Shown here in pieces: positions 1 to 9,620 of a stretch of 29,512 bases of DNA; positions within the stretch are counted from its first letter, which is position 1, and each line of letters begins with the position of its first letter. This stretch comes from Macrostomum lignano. Its lineage: Eukaryota. The position numbers and the translations under genes are program-made. The stretch lies in contig NIVC01004983.1 in NCBI GenBank assembly GCA_002269645.1, forward strand, positions 1 to 29,512, in the 5' to 3' direction. The notes beneath the pieces are model-generated. The model was not told the DNA's origin, searched no databases, and was given only the letters and a program-made list of their open reading frames with translations.

Positions 1-1231
1 ATATGAGTGCTAGGCTCACATCTCTAACTCGCCGAACCGAATATTATTCGAGGCACTATTCGAGGCACATAGGCGCAATGCAAATCAAAGAATGGTTTGA
101 GCGGGGTAGGGTCAGCGCTCAAGTAGCTTCTCTCTCACAGGCAACCACCAAACTCCCCAAAGCATTGGCTGTGAGTCTTCTGTGTCACTCGTTCGCAGGC
201 TGCTGGCTTGGCCCCCAAATCTCAGCTTCGCTTTTGTCTTTTGGCCATTGAGGTCGGCTAGTCTAGAGCTGGTCTGTTTGGATACATAGTTGTGGTCGAG
301 ACGAGTAGAGGTCGTTGTTTTTTCAGTGCTTACAAGCAGCTTCACAGCAGAAGCACACCCTGACCGTGAAATAAAACTTATAGATAAGCCTCTTTATTAG
401 ACTTTGGCCGTTGCATTCCGCCAATTTCGTGCCAAGATTGGCTGCATGGAGATTGGCTGCAAGATTGGCTGCGGGGGGGAGGTGACCCGCAACAGCCTTC
501 AGTTTGCATTTTTGCCCATGAAACGACAATTTATACGGGTTTTCCCATATAATCGTTTCCTTCTGCCAAGTTCAGGAAGACAACGAACAATGGACTCGAT
601 GGTACTTTCTCTGTGTGATCTCTAGAGTCACATTCTCAAACTTCAGGGCGAGGATCTTTCCTTTTCAATCAGTATATTTTATAAGCTAACACACTACACT
701 GTACTGCAAGGAGGAATAGGGGAAGAAAGTGGAATGGGAGGCCCAATAGGAGCCGTCGGCCAGAGGAGATTCATGCATCACGCGAGGGTCGCATGGCTGG
801 GCTTCTCGCTCGCCGATCATCAGGGCTATTTTTAGGCATGCAGATCTTGTGCATCTGGGGAGTTGCTGCCAAGGCTGGATGCTTGTTCACACATCACGCG
901 CGTGTCGGTTGATTTCTCCTACCCTCTTGCTAACAGCGATTTCGTTTCACTTCACCCAGTCCATGCAACTAATGTACTCAAAAGCAAGACCAATTGTTGA
1001 GACAACAGTTATAAAGAAAGCCACGAGCTTAAAATAAACAAATTGAAATACGAGCGTATTGCTTGCGTCTGACATAAATTACGGGCTAGCTGCTATAGTT
1101 AAAGGCCAGGCGTTTTTTAGACACAATTCGTGGATTAAAAACCCAGCCACTGGAGCTTCGTGACCAGCAAGAAACATTCAACATTCTAGTAACAAGGAAA
1201 ACGTAAAGCAACAGCATTCAGGTGCCTGAAA

Positions 1232-2789
1232 ATGTCCGAGAACGTGCGCCAATTTGTCAGCAAGCTAGTTAGCGCCGAAGCTCTAGATAGTGCCAAAGAT
1301 TTTTGCCTCGCCAATGGTAAAAGCCTGGCTGCAGCCACTGGAGCCGCGGTGGCGCTGCTGTACGCGGCCAGAGCTTACTATCGGGTTTATAGACTGCCAC
1401 CAGGACCTTTGGGCTTGCCTATTCTTGGCAGGTTGCCCTGGCTCGACCTGAAACACTTGGAAGAGAGTCAGGAGAAGATGCGACATCAATACGGTGGTAT
1501 CTATTCGTACGAATGGGCAGCCGCCTGATGATAGTTGTGTCCTCCTATGAGCTGCTCAAAGAGATGCTCAGCGAAGACGTCTTTTCCGGCAGGCAGTTGC
1601 CCCCAGCCGCTCAGCGGACAGCTCAAGGCTGCGGAATACTCTTTGTCGAAGGTCGAGTCTGGTCTGAGCAACGAAGAGTGTCTCTACGGGTCCTGAGAGA
1701 CTTTGGCTTTGCTCGCACGGAATCTGTGGAGTTTATCAATGAAGAGATTCGCATCCTGATGGAAAAACTGGAGCAGCAACCGACTGAGGTCAAGGTGATC
1801 GATCATTTTAATGCCCTGACTAACAGCGTCATTGCTATGCTCGTGTTCGGTAGGCGCTACGCCAACGAAGACAAAAGATACGAAAAATTCTTAGAGAATT
1901 CAAAGTTCTCTTCGACGTAGGATTACTGAGTGCACTACCGTTTCTCTTTCCCTACCTGTCCAAGTTGCTCAGTCTTCTGCCAATGACTAGAAAAATCGTT
2001 AAAACTGTCCAAGACATTCAAACGTTTATCGAGGAAGAGATTACTAAGCGAGAGGCTCTGATCTCTACCGATGCTGATGCCGAAGGAACTTGCCTGTGCG
2101 ATGCCTACATTATAGAGCGCCGAAATGCTGAAGCCAAGGGTGACTTTGAGACGTTCAAAAAATTCCAGCTAGTCAGGGTTAGCATGGAACTGTTCGTTGC
2201 TGGCACCGATACCACGGCAAAGACGCTGGAGTGGCTCATGATCCACATGGCCGCGTTCCCGGAGGCGCAGGACAATGTCCAGGAGGAGATTCACCGAGTT
2301 GCTGGAACGGAGAGACAGCCGCAGCTGTCGGACAAAGCGCAGCTGCACTACACGCAGGCTGTCATCGATGAGAGCATGCGGTTCGCATCTCTGGCTCCAA
2401 ATGCGATATCTCACAGAGCTATAAAAGACACGTACTTCCGAGGCTATCTCATTCCGGCCGACGCAGCCATTGTGCCATTCCTGTACGGACTGCATCGAAA
2501 CTCAAAGTACTGGAAGAGACCGCATACATTTTATCCGGGTCACTTCCTGACCGAGGACAGCCGCTACGCTCCATCAAAGATGTTGGAACCGTTCTGCGTC
2601 GGCAAGCGGGCCTGTCCGGGCGAGAGTTTGGCCAAGTTGGAGATTTTCCTCACCTTCACGGCCATCATGCAGCGCTATCGGGTGAGATTCTCGCGCGACT
2701 ACGAGACTAAAGTGGACGATATTCTGCGCGGAGTGTGCGGCCTGGCCCGCGACGCGGGGGAGAACCGGCTGGACTTTGTGCGACTCTGA
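1232..2789 (+). CDS. Cytochrome P450, clan 2 (CYP2-like), intronless; two apparent 1-nt frameshifts (about 1507 and about 1908); about 519 aa if corrected
   Basis: Three consecutive ORF pieces carry P450 motifs in order: hydrophobic anchor (LAAATGAAVALLYAA), PPGP, WSEQRR (C-helix WxxxR), AGTDTT (I-helix), ESMR (K-helix ExxR), PGHF (the PERF-position motif as seen in CYP2C-type enzymes) and FCVGKRACPG (heme-binding FxxGxRxCxG). Adding one base at each junction gives a continuous frame (..IYSVRMGSRL.. and ..KFLFDVGLLS..) of 520 codons. The confidence refers to family identity; functional versus pseudogene status is unresolved. Confidence 0.93.
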
Positions 2790-3680
2790 ACTGCGAAGTT
2801 GAATTTTAGATTTTAATGGATATTTCTATTGTAACTTTAGACATTAAACTTTAAACACTAGATAGTCAGCATGCAGTGCAGCAGCTGATACATTTTACAT
2901 GCAGTCTATTGGTGAGACTGCCGAGAATGGTCAGAAACATCCGTATATTTTTATATACATGTATCTGCTAATCTAGCTTTTAGCCCCAAATTTTCTACCG
3001 ACAAAAGACAAAATTGTTGGACGAAATTCTCAACCAAAAGCTAGGAGTTTCTGTTTTTAATCCAAACTAATAATAAAAACAAATTCACATTTGCAAAGCA
3101 TAACGCGTCTATATTTCAGATAAATTTATTCTATCAAAATAAAAAATCATTCGTCATGAATAAAAACAATTAAATAAACCAGGTGGAGTCTTTCCTATTT
3201 ACAATAACCATCACCAATAATAAATTGTTTTCCAAAAAACAATGAATATCAAATAGCCTGTATATAGGAGTTAATTAAAGCACCAGCAAACTAATTTATA
3301 AATTAAAATAATCGGCAGTTCTTGGCAACAGTACAAAAATTAAGACGGTACACTAAAAGAAACAATAAAATGCTAAATCACGCAAAAATATTTAATTTCA
3401 ATCCAGATTAGAAAACAAACGCAAAATTAATATTACGCTATCCGATCTATAATATAGCTAATCTAGTAGTCAATAATCAATACATAACAACAATGATACT
3501 ACTCGTATTACAGTAGTATTGGCCCAGAATACTCGAAAAGCCATGATGAGAAGAAAACATGGCATAAAAAATGAAAAATTATTGCCTTTTTTATTAGTTA
3601 ACAATCGATACGATCGCAAAAGAATCACAGTTGCGCAATCAAGCGAAAAGTGAAACCAAATTTATAACAGAAAAGGTCAT

Positions 3681-3853
3681 TTAAACTCGTTTCAAATGCG
3701 CCCTCAATATATAGGCGGCAACCAAGGCGCTGTTGACACTGCCGAGAAAGCCAAACGACCAGACGCCGAGATTGTCCAACATTAGGCCGCCTAGCGTTGG
3801 CGAAGCGATGCGAATAACGCTATTGATTGACATGTTGATGCCCAGTACAGAGC
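3681..3853 (-). CDS. SLC22A18: SLC22A18-like exon 5 (terminal)
   Basis: Acceptor aaatccgcag, reads (G)SVLGINMSINSVIRIASPTLGGLMLDNLGVWSFGFLGSVNSALVAAYILRAHLKRV, TAA at 3683-3681. Confidence 0.85.
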
Positions 3854-6800
3854 CTGCGGATTTTGATGGATGCAAGCTATGATTTGTACGGGCGAATTGC
3901 ACTCAAATTTGTGCTATTACAACGATTTTCAAAGTACATTAGCGTCTACTCTCATTCTTGGGTCCTATAGTGACGAGTGACCCTCAGAGAGTGCCTCATC
4001 AGAGAGGCTTACAGAGCGTGTTCTTGGGCGATTCTCAGTGATTTACTGACGACTCTCAAGGTGTGTTCTTGGGCGATTCTCAGTGATTTACTGACGACTC
4101 TCAAGGTGTGTTCTGAAGCCATTCCTAATGATTTACTGACGACTCTCAAGGTGTGTTCTTGGGTGATTCTCAGTGATTTACTGACGACTCTCAAGGTGTG
4201 TTCTGAAGCGATTCCTAATGATTTACTGACGACTCTCAAGGTGTGTTCTGGAGCGATTCTCTGTGATTTACTGACGAATCTCAAGGTGTGTTCTGAAGCG
4301 ATTCCTAATGATTTACTGACGACTCTCAAGGTGTGTTCTGAAGCGATTCCTAATGATCTACTGACGACTCTAAAGGTGTGTTCTGGGGCGATACTCAGTG
4401 ATTTACTGACCACTTTTAAGGTGTGTTCTGAAGCGATTCCTAATGATCTACTGACGACTCTCAAGGTGTGTTCTGGGGCGATACTCAGTGATTTACTGAC
4501 AGCTTGCTTTCACGCTGAGTTCAAGGGTGTTACTTTATGTCTGCAGAATATTTAGTATATTACTCTTATTAATGGAATGTACCGCCTTTTTGAAACGGTA
4601 ATAAAATTTTCGATTCTAAGTAGATAAATCACGACTTGATTACTTACCGGTATCCTCCAGCGACACAGCATTGGTGAGCGCACTGCTTACCAGCACATTG
4701 ATAAGTGTCAGGCCGATAACCAGAGGCAGAATGCACACGAATAAGTAGTAGATCTGGGTGCCAAGAAACGCCTGTAAAAGTGAGTTCACAGCATTAAGGA
4801 AAATAGCTGGAAAAGATGTGTATCACGATCTATATAATTCAATGGTCAAAGCACTTGCCAACATGAAATATCCCACTGTGAGAATGGCACAACCGACAGT
4901 CAGTAACAGGCTGTCGCTAAATCGTTTAGTCAGCACAGAGATGCCAAGACCTTGCACAGCCATTGACACTACAGCAACGTACGCCATCATAATTCCGCTA
5001 ATCTGAGGCGTAGCGCCCAGCTGTTTGACAGAAATGATTGGCATCATGCTCTGCAGTAGGCCAATAGGAATTCCTGTGACAACTTTCACCGCCAGCAGCC
5101 AACGAGTTCGTCGATTCTTCACTAGGAACTCGGAGAATTTCGCCAAGTCGAATACCTTAGCGCCTGATGAAGACGATTTGAAGCCAGCCTCATTGGCGTC
5201 ATCTGCCGAGGAGGAGGCTGTTGAAGACTTTGACATAACAGGGGAAGCCTTCAGATTAGCGGGGATGGTTAGCCAAACGGCTGACATGCTACCGAATGAG
5301 AGAACAGCCGCGATGAAGCAGGCGTAATGCTCACTGTTGAGAGGAGAGGTCGGAGAGAGGTGGACAAGTGTGTAGAGGTTTGGGCAATGTTTAACGTCTC
5401 TCAATGTAGCTTAGGAGTGATTCTCGATTTTTTAACTAAAAGACTGTCAACGTGATTCAGAAACCAGTGGCAATGTGTTTATTAAACGACTCTCAATGTG
5501 GTATAGAAGCGAGTCTCGGGTGTTTAATGAACCACTCTCAATATGATCTAGGAGCGAGTCTCGGGTGTTTAATGAACCACTCTCAATGTGATCTAGGAGC
5601 GAGTCTCGGGTGTTTAATGAACCACTCTCAATGTGCTCTAGGAGCGAGTCTCGGGTGCTTAATGAACCACTCTCAATGTGATCGGGGAGCGAGTCTAGTG
5701 TAGTTAATAGACCACTCTCAATGTGATCTAGCAGCGAGTCTCGGGTGTTTAATGAACCACTCTCAATGTGATCTAGGAGCGAGTCTCGGGTGTTTAATGA
5801 ACCACTCTCAATGTGCTCTAGGAGCGAGTCTCGGGTGCTTAATGAACCACTCTCAATGTGATCGGGGAGCGAGTCTAGTGTAGTTAATAGACCACTCTCA
5901 ATGTGATCTAGCAGCGAGTCTCGGGTGCTTAATGAACCACTCCAATGTGGTCTAGGAGCGAGTCTCGGGTGTTTAATGAACCACTCTCAGTGTGATCTAG
6001 GAGTGAGTCTCGGGTGTTTAATGAACCACTCTCAATGTGGTCTAGGAGTGAGTCTCGGGTGCTTAATGAACCACTCTCAATGTGGTCTAGGAGTGAGTCT
6101 CGGGTGCTTAATGAACCACTCTCAATGTGGTCTAGGAGTGAGTCTCGGGTGCTTAATGAACCACTCTCAATGTGGTCTAGGAGTGAGTCTCGGGTGCTTA
6201 ATAAACCACTCTCAATGTGGTCTAGGAGTGAGTCTCGGGTGCTTAATAAACCACTCTCAATGTGGTCTAGGAGTGAGTCTCGGGTGCTTAATGAACCACT
6301 CTCAATGTGGTCTAGGAGCGAGTCTCGGGTGCTTAATGAACCACTCTCAATGTGGTCTAGGAGCGAGTCTCGGGTGCTTAATGAACCACTCTCAATGTGG
6401 TCTAGGAGCGAGTCTCGGGTGCCTAATGAACCACTCTCGGTGTGGTCTAGGAGCGAGTCTCGGGTGCTTAATGAACGACTCTCAACTCTCAATGTAAGTC
6501 CAGGAGAGAGTCTCTCGAGCAAAGAATGCATTGGCGCCTCGTTGGTTGTGATATATTTGAAGAACTCATTGGGCAAAGGTTTAATAACTTTTCATACAAT
6601 GCACTACACAAACCTGGTCGCCTTGATAATGAAACCACTGGATAGGGAGCCGAGCACCATGCCGACACCGTAGGAGATGCCGAGCTTGGCTAGACTATCC
6701 GATCGTTTTAACGGGTCCGATAGGTCCGTCACCACCATCTGACCGCCTGAAACACAAAAAACAAGAATGCAGCTTTAGTACGTTCCGGTACTGTGGTACC

Positions 6801-9620
6801 TAATTAAACCAGAGTTTTCGTAGAGTTACTAGTACAGTATTTAATGGGACAACTACCAAAGTTAATAACACTTAAAGTTTTTATGGTATTTCATTAAAAG
6901 ACTAATATCATTCAGTAATTACTTTGACAACTATTATTTGGGTGGATGTTTCATAGCGCACCTGTCACAGTTACAATTGTGACAACCGAGTATTGATAAT
7001 TGTTTATTCAAAAGCGGTTGGTCTCATAAGACATCACTTTATTGGAAGTGAAAAACACTTGATTCTCGACAAGCTTCAGGACAATTCAGGACAAGTAGCC
7101 CCAAGAAATTTTTCAGCAATTCCCTGGGGGTTGACTGTGACTGCGCCAGCGAGGCACCCGTTGCTTTGGCCATAGACATTCTAAGTCACTACTAAAGCTT
7201 GTAACTTGCCATTAGATTTAAAAATCAGTTTATGCAACTAAACTTCGCAGAACTTGGTAAATTTGCTAACTTGTCGCTTGCATAGATCTTATATTCTCTT
7301 GATAGACCACTTTGTATGGCGGTAATAGGGAAAGTGCAACCGCTGTTTTTCGTCACTTGTGCGAAAAAAGCCGACATGGGTTGCTTAAATTTTGAGTTCA
7401 GTAGCTTAAGGGACATAGACGCTACTTTTGAGAATTGAATAAAACTTCGCGTGAATTAATCAAACAGCTACTCAATTGAACTAAGAATGTAGGATTCATA
7501 CATCGATTTTGCGTGCTTAAATGGTCTATGCACGAGTGCGCGCAGCGCACGAGTGCCATAGACCATTTAAGCACAAAAAATCGATGTATGAGTTGCATTG
7601 TATTACGTTGGCTTAATACTTTAGATGGCGCGTTAGATGCACGCTCAGTTAATTTGTCTTAACCATAGACAAAAATGCGTGAAAGGCACGCAAGTTGATT
7701 GAGTGTTGCGAAGAAGGGAATAAGAAGCTGTTAAATTAAAATCACTTGTGAGAGAATATGGCTGAGCCACCAACTAAAGTCAGACTTCTGAATCTGAGCA
7801 AATTTCCAAACGAAATGATTTCCGGCTTGTCCACCAATGAGATTGACGACATTCTGAACGAGCCTGATAATCTACCGGAGTCGGCAATTGATCGAGAAGA
7901 GGAGGATCTTCTGGAGGCACTTTTCAAGAAGATACCTGACGAAGAAGCTGAACTACTTGAATTGGAACAGCTCGTTTCCGAAATCGAGGACACCGCTGCT
8001 AGTAAAAGTGTGACAAAGGCTACCGAATATTATGTCGGTAAGTTGCAGAGCTTCATGGAGAACCATCCGTCAGTTCAGCGTGATTTGGCGACTTCTACAC
8101 CGCGCGAGATCGACAGTCTATTGCGATATGGCTCACTTCGCAAGAGGAATGGCGAATACTTTGCTCCAGCCACGTTGATTTGTATCCGAGCTGCGCTCTA
8201 CCGGCATTTCATGTCGACAAGGCGAATCAATATTCTAACTGACGACGCATTCTATGCTTCCAATACGACACTGAAGTCAATGGGCAGAATCTTCATTGCC
8301 CGAGGCGGACGCGCCCGACACTTCCAATCGATCGAGCCTGTTGATCTGAAGAGGCTGTCTGACTACTTCGATCGGAAATCTCCAGAGGTGCTACTCACTT
8401 TCCGTGCATTACACGCACGCGTTAGACGCACGCTTGTTGCCTTTACTCAGATAGAAAATTGCCATAGACACCTACATTAGACGCACAGTAAATCGTGCAT
8501 CTAACGCGCGCCAGCGTGATACAATGATGAATTCACTGCAGAGACTACTGACGAAATTGAGTTCAGTAGTTGATTTTCGCGCTGTCGCGAGATGCAATTT
8601 TTTTACATTAGCTTCTATGGTCACGTAAGCGGTTAATGATTGGCCCATCTTGTGTATATATGATCGCTTGTCATTATTAACCTGTAACTTATAACTATGA
8701 AACACCAACTCTCAGAATTTCAGGTCACTAAGGCTAGTTCAGAGACATAGACAAAAAGAGCAAGAAAACTAGACTTAATGTTTGAAATTGCGGGCACTGT
8801 GAGAGTTGCATCATGGTCTATATGTAACATAGACTATGCTAATAAGTGCATGTCTATAATTCACAAGGCTTGTAGAAACTCAATTAAGACAAACTTCCTC
8901 CTATCTTTTCAATTGCGCCCCAGATTAACGGTATTTTGGTTTTCTTCTAGTATGGAAGGTCTAGCACAGGGTTCTCTTAGCACGGGGTTTTTTTTCAAGT
9001 TCAATCGGTTAGGAACATTCAGTCATTGTTTATTGACACTTAGGCTCTGACTGAACTAAGAAGAATACCATTACGTCTACATCAGTTTTATGAATTGACG
9101 TTTTGCTTGTTTGAATAAAAAGGGGATTTTGTTCAAAATCGGAGGTAAACAGCTGTGTAGTGATTTGGCATTGAACTACACGGATACCACGTGGATAGAC
9201 ATAGTGCATGCAGATACATTAGCTACAAACTGGTTACTAACACTAATACCTAAACAACACCCATTTTTTACCCTGCATTGCGTGCACCAACATTAGCGGC
9301 AGCCGGGACAAAAACATCCAAAACAAGCCGTCAGTTAGGGCCACAGTCAGGCACGATATTCCTGAGGCGCCAAACGCCAGACAGAGCGCCAATCTGGCGC
9401 CATACAAATCGCCAAATCGGCCAAACAGCGGCCCGCCAAGCAGTTGAACAGCGGCAAACATCGTCTGCAAGTAGCCAAATGCCAGATTTGAAGCCTCCCA
9501 CTTTTGTAATAGAAACGGCACAGCGGCCTGTTGGATCCAGAAAGCCAGCGAGTACAGCGCTATGTTGGCGTGCGTGCTCAGCATAATTGCACTGGGTGAC
9601 AACTGTCCCTTGCCAGCCAT
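3681..9620 (-). CDS. SLC22A18: SLC22A18-like major facilitator superfamily transporter, 5 exons: complement(join(3681..3853,4648..4771,4859..5333,6614..6746,9272..9620)), 417 aa
   Basis: Exon lengths 349+133+475+124+173 = 1254 nt, an uninterrupted frame with intron phases 1, 2, 0, 1. The MFS motif A-like GRFGDLYGAR and the segments GGQMVVTDLS..LAKLGISYGVGMVLGS and TGSVLGINMSINSVIRIASPTLGG resemble vertebrate SLC22A18 as I recall it. Orthology is not tested. Confidence 0.88.
4018..4500. repeat. 45-bp minisatellite, about 10.7 copies, in intron 4 of the transporter
   Basis: Unit ACTCTCAAGGTGTGTTCTG(GA/AA/GG)GCGATT(CTCAG/CCTAA)TGATTTACTGACG, with two interspersed variant types. Confidence 0.95.
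4648..4771 (-). CDS. SLC22A18: SLC22A18-like exon 4
   Basis: Acceptor cacttttacag, reads AFLGTQIYYLFVCILPLVIGLTLINVLVSSALTNAVSLEDT(G), donor GTAAGT. Confidence 0.85.
4859..5333 (-). CDS. SLC22A18: SLC22A18-like exon 3
   Basis: Acceptor cctctcctctcaacag, reads (S)EHYACFIAAVLSFG..LTVGYFML, followed by a GCAAGT donor. Confidence 0.85.
5398..6520. repeat. 45-bp minisatellite, about 25 copies, in intron 2 of the transporter
   Basis: Unit CTCTCAATGTGGTCTAGGAGYGAGTCTCGGGTGYTTAATGAACCA, starting at 5490, 5535, 5580 and so on. Degenerate copies lie at 5398, 5444 and about 6486. Confidence 0.95.
6614..6746 (-). CDS. SLC22A18: SLC22A18-like exon 2
   Basis: Acceptor ttttttgtgtttcag, reads (G)GQMVVTDLSDPLKRSDSLAKLGISYGVGMVLGSLSSGFIIKAT, donor GTTTGT. 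This exon is absent from the ORF track. Confidence 0.85.
7496..7591. repeat. Inverted repeat / 96-nt hairpin
   Basis: Arms 7496-7530 and 7557-7591 are reverse complements at 33 of 35 positions. The 26-nt spacer contains a further GTGCGC/GCGCAC stem. Confidence 0.92.
7628..8509 (+). mobile_element. Probable internally deleted Crypton-type DNA transposon in intron 1; boundaries uncertain
   Basis: The recombinase fragment is bracketed by a perfect 16-bp inverted repeat (GCGCGTTAGATGCACG 7628-7643; CGTGCATCTAACGCGC 8494-8509), with a further direct copy at 8418-8434. Confidence 0.55.
7758..8480 (+). pseudogene. Truncated Crypton-like tyrosine recombinase (DUF3504/KCTD1-ZMYM-related N-terminal part); catalytic domain missing
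   Basis: SKSVTKATEYYVGKLQSF..EIDSLLRYGSLRKRNGEYFAPATLICIRAALYRHF..INILTDDAFYASNTTLK..HFQSIEPVDLKRLSDYFDRKSPEVL follows the recalled Crypton/KCTD1 pattern (T.kaT..v..f; L..F...vRkk.G..Y...sl..iraal.Rh; I..d..F..sn..l; L..yf...P..L). Similarity stops near 8396, before the catalytic R-H-R-Y residues. Confidence 0.7.
9272..9620 (-). CDS. SLC22A18: SLC22A18-like exon 1 (coding)
   Basis: ATG at 9620; MAGKGQ..GRFGDLYGAR..HAMQG, then donor GTAAAA at 9271 (phase 1). The start codon could alternatively be the second Met. Confidence 0.85.

Noticed and set aside
1790-1920. Possible intron in the P450 (GTGATC donor, CTGACTAAC branch-like site) that might bypass the second frameshift
   Set aside because: The segment encodes the conserved NSVIAMLVFGRRY region, so removing it would delete part of the P450 fold.
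3977-4555. ORFs with 15-aa repeats (LKVCSEAIPNDLLTT and the reverse-strand version)
   Set aside because: By-product of a 45-bp unit that lacks stops in some frames. The starts are non-ATG, both strands are open, and the region is an intron of a well-supported gene.
4018-6520. CRISPR-like appearance of regularly spaced repeats
   Set aside because: Units are head-to-tail with no unique spacers, there are no cas genes, and the context is eukaryotic.
5452-6673. Several 80-220 aa ORFs with 15-aa repeats
   Set aside because: Same minisatellite artefact; open in several frames on both strands.
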